This document shows, piece by piece, positions 1-13,638 of a DNA stretch of 64,000 nucleotides (its first letter is position 1; every line of letters begins with the position of its first letter). The notes beneath the pieces were generated by a model. It was not told the DNA's origin. It searched no databases and saw nothing but the letters and a program-made list of their open reading frames with translations. The position numbers were made by a program, and so were the translations under genes. The stretch spans positions 59,768,001 to 59,832,000 of the forward strand of contig CM060732.1 in the NCBI GenBank assembly GCA_030704615.1, in the 5' to 3' direction. The DNA is from Takakia lepidozioides (taxonomy: Eukaryota > Plantae > Bryophyta).

Positions 1-2365
1 TGGTCACCAGCACTTCCATGGTGGCGTTTGTTCTTGTGGAGATGACTGACGAAACAAGCAAAATACAGGGAGTATATGTGCATCTCCACATGTGAGGGTG
101 CCAAGGTTGTAATTTGTCATTATCTTCCAGGCAAGGAGTGAAGTTGAAAGAACCAAGCTGCATCAGGAAGGTGTCAGCAATCAGAATGTTGGGCCCAAAG
201 CTTTTAGTATACCCTCAGACTGACGGTTTAATTAACGACTGTCGTAATTTGTGGTAGTTTAGTTTTTTATTGTTCTTTTTGTGTTATTTACAGAAAGGGA
301 ACAGAGCCCAGCTTCTTATTATATGTTCTTATTAGAAAGGGAACAAGTCCAACACCATGGCATGGCCGAGAGCAACGGAGGAAGGTCGGAATGAGCGAGA
401 GAGGAGGTAGACAACGTGCGCAATGATAGGGGAACATGTGTGCAACAATAGGGAACGGAAGTGTGCAACAACAGGGGAACAAGTGCGCGTCCATAGGGTC
501 ACCTACGAAGGTAGAAGAAGCATGGATGATAAACTGACAGGGTCAGCTACGAAGGTAGAAGAAGAATGGATGAAAAACTGACAGGGAGCAGGGGCGGTTA
601 CCGCACATGCGACATGCATTTGCTTGCTAGGTCTAAGCCATGGCCTGATTAGCTCGCTCTTCTTGCTCGCCTCACGCAATTTACGACTTGTCCATCCAGC
701 CTTCCCCTCCATTGCCTGCTGCACCACTCATTGCTTCTTCACGGTGGTTCAAGTGGTAGATCTACCCGTGTCTTTTCGTGCCTTCTGCGTTTTTCTCTTC
801 CTGTCTGACTTTGGGCCCTTCTATATATTTTCTGTAATTTTCTGTCATTGTGTGCGCACCATTATGTATTGGTGGCGTTTTTCGTCTTCTCCTTGCCAGT
901 TTCCAATTTTATTTTCTTGTCACTGTCTATAATCGACTTGTACTTTCTCCGGCTGGAAGAAAAGGCAGGATCCACACCGACGAATCTTGTTTTGTGTGTT
1001 TTTCCTCTGTCACGTTACGCAACCCCTTCTCTCCACCCACTCTCAATCTTTTCGTTCACCCCTTATAGCCGCTTGAAGGATCATTCTGACTATCTATCAG
1101 AAGAGAGGTATGGCTTTACCACTTCAATCACATTATATCCATATTCTCGTACCTGAAGGATTTTGTTTCTGCTCAATTTCTACAGAGAATTAGGGATGCG
1201 GGGAGTTATGAATGATCCCAGTTTTGTCCATCATGTCTTAATTGTGTCTGAAAGTAGAGGATACACTCATAGGCATAACCATGAATTTTTATCCGATGCT
1301 GTTGAGACCAAGCCAGTAATTGTTGGCGAAGCGAAACCGAATTTTATGACAATCTGGACTTCCTAGATGAGTGCCTGGCAAATTTCCCAAATCAATACTT
1401 GGCACATATAGAAAATGGAAAGTATATGGATTGTACTCATTTAGTGGAAAAACCTTGATCAGAGAATGATAGGCAATATGGCCCACCCCTGCAGGGGGCA
1501 GTAGCAGTGAGGCGAAGTGGCTCTTAGTTGAGCCTTCAATGGCTGGAGTCTCCTCTCTGATAGGCAATAATTCAGAAGCAAGCTTATTCAATCTGGAATG
1601 TGTATTTGGTTACAATGCTTCAAAATGCCAGTGAAATCACTCATTAGGCAATGCTGCTGCCTGATGTTGGAATATAATAGAATTTTATTTTTGCATCTCA
1701 GTGGACCTTATGTTTAGGATGGACATATTCCTGGAGTATTTGCTCAGCATGCACTGCAAACCGGGATTGTCCACATTTCTTCAAGTTGGCACATAAATTC
1801 TCTCTCTCTAACATACTTAATTGGTTGTGGCCATTGGACTCCCGGCCATACTGAACCTAGTTTTTTCCCAAGTAAATCAGCTTTTGATGCTGATAATGTA
1901 GTCCTTGTCTTGATGCCCTCAATGGGTACGGTTACAGCTGGGGAATGGTCTATGGTACCATGCCTCACCCCTTACAGGCAAGGCCTTACCCACATTTTAG
2001 CTGTGAAACATACAATTAGATCTAGGAGCTACTAAGAGGGAGAGACACTGTGATCTAGCGGTGCAGCTTAGGAGGTAATTACTTTAGAAGTTGTTGAAAC
2101 CCTGGAATTGTCCCAACCATATTGCGCCAACTCTAGTGCTTGCACCTTGAACAAGCTTGTGTTTGATCATAGTCATAGTGCTACAGAGTAACATTCTTGC
2201 ATTGCTGTAACGTCTGTCAAAAGCCAGGCATCAGGAATGTCTGCAAGTGGAAGCTCTATGTAGCTGTAACTGTCCCTCCTTTAAGATTTAAGACTGGTAA
2301 TTCTGAGTAGACCGAATCTGCAATTATGGACACACATGCAGGTGTCATGGCGCAGGGCAAGGCAC

Positions 2366-5300
2366 ATGCCATCTGTGCGGAATGGAGATGGTATTGCTAG
2401 GCTTGCTGGTGCCAGCCTGATGGAAAGATTAATTTCTGATGAAGTGAGCCCCCCAGCAGTATCAATCCTATATGAAGGGGGTTCTGAAACCATTGAGGTG
2501 GCCGAAGGTGTGGAAACTTCAGTTGCCAGTGCCCAGGTTGTTTCCGCTGTTTTAGATGTAGGCCATGCATCAAGCGCTGAAAAATCGGCACAAGGACTCG
2601 GCAGCAGGGACACTCACAGGTTGGGGAGTAAGGGAGTGAAGAGGAAGGCAGTGAACTCAGCAGACCCTGGAGGTGAGAAGATGATGGAATGACGTTTGTA
2701 GCAAGTGTAAAACGATCAATATATTATATATTAGGTACTGAGTGTATAGGGTATATATCTTCTTTTGGGTACAGCACACAAGAGAGAGAATTGTACATAA
2801 TATATTTGGATATAAAGGATGTTCTTTCAACCTTCTGTAAAACCTGGTTTCTAGATCACACTTGTGCTGATTTGCAGTACAATGTTGCTTTGGTGATTGC
2901 AGGTGATAGACTACTCACTCAGATAAGACCACCAGTGGTTGGTAGAAGTGGGGGAGATCGTGATAGTGCCAAGGCATCTGATAGGTCACAGAAGCGGAAG
3001 AGGTTGGATAGTGAGTCAAAGGCTGAGAGAAGTGCCACCGCAAATGAGGGAGGGCAGAGGGCACAAAGCATCAGACTGAAGGAGAGTGGCAAAGCAAGTG
3101 ATAGGTTTGGAAGAGAACGAGAAAGCAAAGATGAGTGGTGCAGAAGGGTTGAAGATGGCAGCTCTGATGTGAAAAGAAATGGTGAAGGTATTATTGGTCA
3201 GACACACTCTATTCATGAGGAGAGGTTCCAGGCCTCTGATAGGGATGTGGAAAGTGTGCATGTGCAAAGTGGCTCCTTTTCAGAGGTTATTGAAATAAGA
3301 AGGGAGGAGTTGGTTGGGTCAGGGCTCACAGAAGTAAGGAAAGAGAGGGGGTTAGTGACAATCAGGTCTGTGATTGGGAGTATAGGAGCGGGGTGTGAAG
3401 GCATCACTGACGACAAATTTACAGAAGAGCATCATACTAATGTAGATAAACTGGCCTTGGAAACTACTTCAGCACACGGAGATGGCAGCAGAAGGGAGGT
3501 GAGGGAGAAGGAGAAGAAGGAGGATTGGAAGCGAGGCAGACTGGATGCCTTGAGAACAGAAGAGCAGCCAGTTATAAGGAAACCTCAACCAAAGAGGCTG
3601 AGAGATGAACCTAAAGGTGAGACGGACTACCAAGAGGATGTGGCACAGGCTGAGAGGGATCATGCAATAAAAAGGGGGGATGAGTTTGGGGTAAAGAGGA
3701 GTGAATCAAGAGAGGGTCGAAAGGACCCAAGGGATGTGAAAGAGGGTAGAGCTGATTTTAGAGATAGTAGACCTGAATTGAGAGGGAATTGGAATGAAGC
3801 AAGAGATGTCAGAATCAATTCAAGAGACAGGATTGAAGGCAGGGATATTAAGTGTGATATTGTGGACAGCAGGATTGAAGGAAGAGACAATGGATCTGGT
3901 TCTAAAGACTGCAGGCCTGGTTTAAGAGATACAAGAACTGGTGGGAAAGAGAGCAGAGTCGAGGTAAGAGATAAGCGAGCTACAGCTAGAGACAACAGAC
4001 CTGAATTAAAGGAGGGCAGAAGTGAAATGAAAGAATTCGGAGTCTATCCCAGAGAGGGCAGATCGGAACTGAGAGATGGTCGGAGTGAAGCAAGAGATAG
4101 CCGAGGTGAATTAATGGACAATAAGAAGGGAGCAGGCAGTCGAGTCTATTCAAGAGAGACAAGACCCGAAGTGAGAGACAGCAATATCAATCTGAGAGTT
4201 AACAGGACAGATTGCAAAGATCAAAGAACTGAATTGAGAGATGGTAGGATGGAGGTGAAGGAAAGAGCAGGGTGGAGGGAGAGCAGTCTGGAAAAGAAAG
4301 ACACTAGAGCTGATCCAAAAGACAGTAGGCATGATGTTCGAGTTCGAAATCAAGGCAGCTGTGAGGAGCTGAAGAACACCAATGAGAAGAGGAGGTGGAA
4401 TACTAGTCTGGTGGGCCCACGGGACGGTGTAGAACATGAAGTTAAGTATGATGAGGAGAGAAGACGGGGTAGAGAGGGGGGGGATAGCAAAGATTTGGGT
4501 AGTAGCGGGAGAGGGAATCTGCTTACAAGCCATGGTGAAGAGCTTTGCGTAATGCACAGGGATGGTCGAAACAGTGAGCGCCCCTATGTACGGTGCACTG
4601 ATCGTGGTAGGGGTCAAACTGACGAAGCATTGTATGGAAGAGATGGCCATCTAACTGAGAATGGCGATCACCAAGGAGGCAGGGGTCCTCCAACAAGGGT
4701 GGAGAGAGTGAAAGGGCCCAGTTATGGAAGCCAAGAAGCCCAGCAGGGAAGAGAGGCAACGGAAGGAGTTCCCAGAGACCCACCTTACGATGGGAGGAAA
4801 ATTGAAAGTGAGTACAATATGGTGAAAGATCAGGGACGAGCTATGAAGAACTTGAATAAGGAAAAAGGGTTTACCCGGAGATCAAGAACTGTTGATGAAG
4901 GCCGATTATCACCTGATAAGATAGCTCCAGAGCATGAGCCACGAGTAGCAGATGAGAGATGCAGTGATATAGGGGACGTTGAGGTAGTTGTGACCTACGA
5001 ATCAGGAAACAAGCCTAGAGATAACGAGGCTACCAGTGGTAGAATAAGCAGCAAGTCAGAGAAGGAGACCTTGAAGTTGGAGGAAAAAGGAGAGAGCGTG
5101 GACTATCTGGATGATAGAAAAGGGGCGAAGAATACAAGGAAATGTGATGGTGAGAAAAGATTGGCAAGGTCTGGAGTAAGCAGCCAAAAGGAGTCAACCT
5201 CTGTTAAGGCTGAGAAGAGGGGTGGAAAGAATGAACTGAAGCCTTCGAGTCATAGCAAAGAAGCTGGTCATCAGCACCATGATAGCCATGCCAGAAGAGA

Positions 5301-8300
5301 GACTGGAGACAGAAGGAAAGCTGGCAATGATCTGCACAATGGTGCCTCAGTTGCACATAGGATTGAAGGTGGGAACCAAAGAGCCTTGAAGAGTGAGGTC
5401 CGAATGAACTCTCAAAAGGAAGAGGCATGCCAAGAAGCACCTAAGGACTTTGGTGATTGCCGCAAGGTAGCAGAGGGTGAGCCTTGGGGAATGTCTGGAA
5501 AAATTAAGGCAGTGTGTCAAGGTCAGGAGCATGTGGTGGCAGCCGAGAAGTGGGAGGATGGAGAAAAGGTTGAGGGGGTTAACGGTAAGAAAACTTGCAG
5601 CAGGGCAGACAAGCTGGAGGTGAAGGAAGATCGAGTAAAAGATCAAGCTTTCAACTATAAAAAATCTGAGGAAGCTGTTGACCACATCTACAACGAGTAC
5701 CACAATAAAGACATTGGAAGAGAGCCTCGTGGTGAAAGGGAGGATAGGGTCACAAGGGAGCCATCTTCATCTGAGAAGGGGCGAGGTATTCGGCGTGAGA
5801 GCACAAGGAAGGGGGAGACAGATGACCGGCGAGAGAATGCCAAGAAGGAATGTACGAAAGTAGAAAAGTCTGATTCAAAATCTCATAAAGGCTTGGATGG
5901 AGAAAGGCGTGATTCTGCTTGGGAAAAACCAGTGTCGCGTAGCCATCTTAAAGTTTTGAGCAAAGGAGATCACAGCAAAGATAGTGGGAAACTGACATTG
6001 CATGATTCAAAGAAGCAAACTCATCGAGAGAGGTCTCGATCTCCACCTGCCAATGCACACAAGCGCCGTTCACCCTCACACATAAAAGATTCGAGCAGAT
6101 CCTTGTCCCCTCGTCATCACAACAGCCGGGAACCGGGAGAATGGGATAAAATTGAGAGAGATAGGACACCCTTGCCAGCATTCTTTGACAGTCGCTACCG
6201 CCGATTTGGCGGAGGCACTAGTGGGTTAGGTGGGTACTCGCCACGCAGGCGAAGATCAGATGCAGCGATCAAGACGCCCTCCCCACCCCCTCGGTCCCCA
6301 GAGAGAAGGAAACCGAGGGCATGGGATTTAGCTCCCCCAGGCATTGATAACACTGTGGTTGCTGCAATGGCGGCTGCCCATGCAGCTCAGCAAGCTGTTG
6401 CACTATCATCAGTGTCCCCATTGGTCTCTATGAATGCACATACCTCAGTGTCTGGGCCATCAGGGGTAGCCGCTCCTGCTCCACTTCCTGGGGTGCCGTC
6501 CATGATTCCTTCCATGCTGCAGCAGGTTAATCCCGCCGTCACTGCTGTTACTTTGACCCAGGCCACACGTCCACTAAGGAGGCTGTATGTAGGTAATGTT
6601 CCGTCAACTGTCTCGGATGGAGAGCTCTTGGAGTTCATGAATGCAGCAATGCTGTCTGCCAATGCCAATCATCTACCGGGGACAAAACCCTGCATCAATT
6701 GCTCAGTAAGTGAACTTGCTTTTTGTGCGTTGGAGTGTGTGTAAAGTCTCTCTTTCTCTCTTTCAAAAATGCTTGGCAGCCTACCTACACGAGGCCTTCA
6801 CCCTTAGACAATCGCTAGAACATTAATTGTGGTTTCTGGATTTGTTCCTCTCTCATGTTTTCTTCCATTTTGTCCCATAAGCTCTACGAGCTTTCCGCGG
6901 ACGTTATAAAGCACCATTTCATTTCATTTCTCTCTCCTGCAAGTTATCTTTGTTTCTGTTTTCATGGAAGCAAGCATTAGATGGGGCTTGAAATTTTTGT
7001 TAGTTGTATCATAGAGTATCATCATCAAGGCTAGAATTGATGCAACTATTTAGGTTTTTTCCCTTATTTTCTTTTGCTGGACATTATGGGTGATCGGTGA
7101 AATACGTCCATGCCCATGCCTTGAGCCCACTTGGCCGTCGTGATAATGCCCACGTGCAAAATCAAAGTGGTAAGGAGATTCGCGAACTGGAATGCCCGAA
7201 ACATCGACCTGTGCATGCAACTTCCAGAGAAAAAAATGCCCCAGTCTACTTATTCCATTGCCATAATTTGCATGGGGTCCTATGCCCAGATTAATCGATC
7301 TAATTGCAAGTTGCAGGGTCACAAGGTCAGCAATGTTGCCATTTTAACTTGGGATGTACAACATGCCCTTGAAAACCCAGGTGGAACTGGATGGATGGTC
7401 TTCATGGAGTACTGTGCCTCTGAGGAAAATTCCCTATTAGGGAGATTGTTTTTTACTGTATCTTAGTGCTGCTGTGTGATTGTGATGTCATTCACATTAG
7501 TCTGTTTTTTTGGCATTGTGAAGTGTTATCATACTCAGGGGTAGGTTTTGTTTCAGTTCATGCTTTTTGCTCATTTTTTTTTTCATGTTCTGTCGCATAA
7601 TTTATTTGCAGGTCAATGTGGAGAAAGCGTATGCATTTGCGGAGTTCATTACACCTGAGGATGCAACAGCTGCTCTTGCATTTGATGGTGTAACATTGCA
7701 TGGAACTACTTTGAAGATCCGGCGCCCGAAAGATTTTGTGCCCCCAGCTGTAAGCTTGTCATTTAAGACTATTTTGTTATTGACGAGGACGATTAATACG
7801 TATACTTGCTATTGGTTGACAGAAGAGCATAAGAGTGTGTCACCATCACATGTAGTCAAATGATGGGTTGATATCAACCTAGCAGTTGGGACCTTGGTGC
7901 CACTTGTCAATGCCAGATTCTGAAACAAACTTATAAAACTTGTGAGGGTCTGAATTAAGGATAATTTCAGGTTTTCCAGGCTATTTTGAAGAAGGCCATT
8001 GGGCATCAAGGAGCCTTCGGACAAGTAGGGTGTAGTGGGAATTATACTTGTTATTTCAGGGGGCAGTGGTTAGTAGGCTCAGCATCCTTTCCATCAGTTG
8101 CAAGAAATGAGAAAAGGTAAAAGCCCACTGATGGAGGGGGAGAAAGGGCAGGGAGGGTGTTTGTGGGATATGGTTGTTGATTTTGGCTGACCTTATATAT
8201 TGGAGGTCAGCTCTGTTTTTGTTACTCTCAGGGTGGTTTCCCTTCTTTAACCTTAAATGAAACATGCCACTGTTAGAGTGAAATTAGAAATGTAGGATGT

Positions 8301-11300
8301 CTTACATGCCACCTTCTAACCTAGGTGGGGTTAGATCCCTTGTCCACTGATCACTGGAGCTTCCATGCCGTGATAGCCCCGTGGGCTTCCTGTTGGTTGG
8401 CTAGCCGTCACACATGGTTGATATACCCATTAGTATATCTTAATGCAAGCGTAGCTGTGCAGCCATTAAGATCAGGCTCTCAAGGATTATTTGAGAGGCC
8501 TTTATGCATCTCACTCACTTCTCAGTATCTGATTTTTGCAAGAGATTCTTAGGTCCATGCTCCTTAGCAATCACCACATGACCCCTCCAGTAGTGGCGGG
8601 CACCAAAATTATACATCTTAGGGGTGCAAACTAGCTGGAGTGGTTCATTCACACTTCTCATGCTAGTGAGGGGATGATATGGTGCAGCCGGGTTGACTTC
8701 TGAGGTAGAACAAATACCATGAAACAGGGGTTTGGATTCAGAAAGTCGCCCCATGTGCTGCCAATAGGAGATGGTGTTGGAACAGGTTGCCTGGGATGAC
8801 AGATAGGTATGTGAGGGACATGAAATAGACCATTATTGCATGAATTGGATTAGTAGTATTGGTATGTTAGGGGTCAGCAACGTTGAGTGATTGATCTGGG
8901 GTTATTGGATCTGGAGTTGGGTGTTATTGGAGATTTTGAGAATTATATTGAGTGGGAGTTGATAGTTCAAATTGGAAAGTTCAGGGTTGATCTTCATCTA
9001 GGTAGCATAATACCATGAAACAGGGGTTTGGATTCAGAAAGTCGCCATGGCTGCGAATGGAACGAGATTGCACAGCCAAACATTGATATGGTGTCAAGTG
9101 TAGTGGTGGATTCGCCCCGCAAGGTACGTGTGGGGTTGTGTTTTTTCTTTGGTCCCATTAGCCACTGACCTGGTTGGCTGACCTTCTTTTGGATCATAGT
9201 TCTTCACAGACATGGTTTTCTGACCTTGGTCAATGCAAGGTCTTGACCTTGATGCTTTGTAGTCAAGACCGGACACATGAACCGACGGTTTCAGCATGCA
9301 GTGAATCTGAAAATGGTAGACATAGCATCAATTAATTTCTATTGCAGGAGAAAAGCAGAGAGAGGGATGTGGAAGTTCCTTGTGTCTTAGCATAAAAGGA
9401 AAGGAAGTGGAACAGCACACCATGAAACATACCCAGCCATGTTCAACTTAGTTCTTCAACAGCTGGAAATGGTAGGTGAGGCTGTTCCTTTGGCTGAGTT
9501 TGCAAATGCTGGTTTATGATAAACCTATGCAGGTCTTTGTGGGTGGGATTTCTTCCTCGCTGACCTCGGACAAGGTGAGATAGGGAAACCTTTCTTTGCT
9601 GTTATTTGATGTGGTGTAATATGAAATCTTGGCCATTTGGCATCTACTCTGGCAATGGGCTCTTTCAGAATGCTTGGGTGGTGTGGACTTGTCCTGAAAT
9701 AAGCACGATAATCCATGTTTTTGCAATTGACTGGAAGTATGCACTTGTGGAATGAAGTTAATGATTGTTAGTGTCGAGAACGTTCTTCAATAACTTTGAG
9801 GTTCTCTTTAGAGGTGACTTCACCAATCTTGGCCCACATTTTAGGGTTGGGGAATTTCTGAAGTAAAATCACAGATTGTGATGATGAACGTCAATTTGTG
9901 TGTCAAGTGGGATACTCTCCTTGAAGGAAGCAAGGGAACGAAAGCAATATGCTTCATTGACCTATATAAGCTGTCGTCTAATTCTCAGATTGATTTTGGT
10001 AAATGGTCAGGCCACACAGTGTGGGAGTGATATCATAAATCTTACCACCATCCAGTCAAACCCTGCAGCTCTTAAGATGGCTTTTGAAGGCAGTGAAGCA
10101 AACCTTTTTGCGTGTGGTATGTGCGATTTAGTTTGACAATCATTGCTTCTTATGCAATAGGTGAAGGAGATTGTGACGGCATTTGGACAGTTGAAGGCAT
10201 ACCACTGGGAGGTCGACAGTCAGAAACGACCCCCTCAAGCCTTTGCCTTTCTTGAGGTTTGTGCCAAGTGGGTGATCAGGTGTGTAAAGGCGTAATGAAC
10301 ATAGAAGGAGAAATTGCTTGCTACTTGATATTGTCTATTGGTATGGGGGCTTTTCAAACCCATGGCCTTTTTGGAGGGTGATTTTGTTTCTCAGTTTGTT
10401 CGTAGTTTTTCATTTATTGCATGCCTTGTAAATTCGTGAAAGCACGAGAGTTCATCGGGTTAATGGTAGGACTCAGCTAGTTTGCAGGACTTAATTTCAC
10501 ATTTCAACAAAGATACTGTTGACGAGAATAACCTTAAGGAGTGCCATTCTCCCATAAACCATGTTCTAGCTACATTCCGACAAAAGTATTTGTTAGAGTC
10601 AAGGAGGTGATCACCTGACCAATTGTATGACTGATTAGTTTTGCATGTATGTTTGCAGTATATGGATCCGGTGGTCACACTTAGAGCCTGTGCAGGCCTT
10701 AATGGCATGCGCCTTGGGAACACCATTCTCACTGTGGTTCAGGCTACTCCTACTGCTACCCATGAGGTAGGTCCAGAACATTTTTTCAAATGCTTTTCAA
10801 CATTACTTTGCTAAGCTTGTTCTCCTCTTTGGGCGTTCTGGGTGCTTAGTTTAGTAACTTCTCTTTTGATTCTTTTTCAGTTGGCAAGAGTTAGAAGACT
10901 GATAGGCTGGCTCTTGATACTATTGCACATTATTATCTTACTGCTGGTGAACCAGTGACATGCACTGGTGGACACAGCTGTCAGTTGCATGCTCTGTTAT
11001 GGGGCTTTGGCCAGCAACTTTGAATGTCTCACGTGTTTTCTGAGAGCGGGAACGAGCTACTCTTATCAGCTGTCACACTCACTTCTGGTAATCCAAAGGG
11101 TGCTTGCACGAAGGAAAGTATCATGTGCTGACTGTCTGTATCTTGAGTGGGTCCTTTGCAAGAGTTTTCTCACTGCATTATGTGTGTGTATTCTCATTAC
11201 TTCGATACTTTGGTTGGTGGTGAATGAACAGGACATGTCTGCAGAGAATCCCTTTTATGGGATTCCAGAGCAGGCCAAGCCCTTGCTGGAAACACCGACA

Positions 11301-13638
11301 CGCATTTTGGAGCTATGTAACCTGGTATTGGCATGATGTTGTGATGTTGGAATTTGCTGCCCAGTGGTTGAGAGAAACACAGCCAAATATATGTTTTGGA
11401 AGCCAGGTCTTCCAGAATCAACTAACAATTTTGACATGTTCATAGCACCATATACCATGTCTGCCATTTCCTAAGATGCTTATAGCACTTGTCCATTTTC
11501 GGTCCTCATTTTCTCACAGGCCCTCTTGCACACACACATTGCCGCAGGTGACTGAGGAGGAGTTATTAGCTATGTCCGAGGAAGAGATCCAGGAAATAGT
11601 AGATGACATCCTCCTGGAATGCATGAGGTAGGCATGTCATACCTTAATCTCACAATCATTCTGTGAATCTAGCTCTCTGGAGTTTCGATTTTAACAGGTT
11701 TGTAATGTGGCTCACATTTGTTGATGTTAGCATTCAAGGGGACCTTGTATTTCATAAATGTTTTGTAGAGTCTGGTCCCCTCCCCACCCCCTCCGGGGCC
11801 AAACTTTGGCTTCAAGGGCTCCCGCACTCTGACCTCATTCCATTTGTGCATTGTGTGGGGTGGATTTGTTCTAGAGCATCTATCAATCTGCCATCTGTTG
11901 CAATAGATGCTGAATGTGAGGTGCTGAAAATGGGCTTGTTTGGGACCCGTCCATGTCTATAAGCTTCAAAAAGGAAGTCACTTAGAACCAAGAAAGGAAG
12001 TCTGGTACTCTCTAGCTGTCACTGGTTGACTCTTTTTACAGAGTATTTCAATGATTGGAAGTAGCACCTTTTTGGAGTGATGTTGCCCTTGGCTATAGGA
12101 TCATTGATTGCCTTCAAGTCTGAGTGTCAGGGAATTTGATTTTTGATGCATTTTGTTTTTCCAACAGTCTTATACTGCATTGCACCTATTTCTGATGAGA
12201 GATCTGACAGTCCTGTTAATTGCCATACCAGGTGGGAGGGTCGCATTGGTTCGTGTTCTCATAGCCATTGCTCATTGTGGATTGTGAGGCAGGTTTGGCA
12301 GCGTCAAGTCAATGCATATTGTGAGACCAACCTCTTCTGAGGACTTGACAGGGGACATATCAGATTTAATTCAAGCTACAGTGATACACACTAATGGCAA
12401 AACCGAGGAGGCTGTTAGTGACAGGGAAATTATGCCTGGCCTTATTTCCGACAGGCAAGTAGCCGTCGGCTCTGACATGGAACCTGCCATGGAAGTTGCA
12501 GATAATTCAACTGCAGCAGAGATCAGAAGTGTGGACAGCCTCAATGCACAGAGAAGCGAATCCACATATGGGCCCTCCATTGCAGGTGTTGAAGTAGGGA
12601 CTCCTAAACACTGTCAGGTTGGGTTGGGAAACACCAGTCCAATAAAAATGGATCATCCCAGAGAGCAAATCATTGACAGCAGTAGAGTGGAAACAGTGGG
12701 AACCAATGAGGGCGACGGCGATAATTCTGGAGGGAAAGATGGACCTGCCAAAGTTGATGGGGAGCAGTCAATCTATGAACAATTGTCTTGCACACTTATG
12801 TTTCCAGGTGATATTACCGGTAAGTTACTGGAAAAGGATGTTTTGATTTTGAGATGAAGATAGTTCCCTCTGCCTTTAGCTGTCACTGTTTGCTTGCCTT
12901 CTGGCTCAGGCAATCCGAGGTCTCTTTACGAAGCAAAGAGACGTCCTGGGTGTGTTGAAGACAATTGCATGCATGGTTGGCTCCTATCTGTTTTGTTAAA
13001 CCACAGAAGTGCCTTTTGCTCTGCAGGTAAGATTGCTTAGGGCGTCTCCATACGAGGCCTTACTCTGAGCTACCATAAAATAAATGTGGCTTCTATGGGT
13101 TGAAACCCCCGTTGGCCCTGAAAATTCGTTGAATGCAGGGCCAGCGGCACGGTTCCCTTGCACACATGTTGTCTGATATATTATCAAAGAATCTATCGTC
13201 TTACAAGGTATTGATATCTGATGAGTCTGCAACAGATGTGGTAGTTTGTTTTCATATTGTCAAGAAACACACTTTTCTTGGTTTCCAAACAGAGATGGGG
13301 GGTGCCAAGAGTCAGAGAACTCTTCCTGAGGGTCAGAACTTTACTTCGCAGGTAGTGGCGATATGAAGGGGGAGAAGGAGGGACCTGGAACAGCTGAAGG
13401 TGAGACTCTGCATCTGGGAAGAGTTTATGTTGAGTTTTCAAGGGATGAGACAGCCTGCCAGGCTGCGCACACATTGCATGGGCGCGTATATGGAGACCAC
13501 AAGGTAGTGGCCTGCTATTTCCCTGTGAGATTGTACCAGAAGAAATTTCGGAAGGGGTTAGTTGCCCGGACTTATGAGGAGAAGCAGGCACTTGCATTAG
13601 CTGTCCAGGGGCACCTAACTGCACACATAAAGGACTAG
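2366..13638 (+). CDS. U2AF65: U2AF65 (U2 auxiliary factor large subunit)-like splicing factor with a long R/D/E/K-rich N-terminus, an RS-like region, two RRMs and a C-terminal UHM/RRM3; about 11 coding exons
   Basis: Frame-preserving GT-AG exons read by hand: ~2366-2672, 2903-6705, 7612-7749, ~9076-9123, 9533-9574, 10161-10256, 10659-10766, 11232-11324, 11548-11627, 12293-12819, 13352-13638. Motifs: WDLAPPG, TQATRPLRRLYVGN (RRM1), YAFAEF..LAFDG..LKIRRPKDF, VFVGGI, AFAFLEY..LNGMRLG (RRM2), PTRILELCNLV..ECMRFGSVKS and GRVYVEF..LHGRVY (UHM). The start codon and the exon-4 acceptor are uncertain. Confidence 0.88.

Noticed and set aside
288-2300. Short ORFs upstream of the U2AF65-like gene
   Set aside because: No recognisable motifs; consistent with promoter, 5' UTR and intron sequence.
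2689-2902. N-terminus of the 1351-aa ORF (MTFVASV...)
   Set aside because: Falls within a GT-AG intron (2673-2902) whose removal preserves the frame; open by chance.
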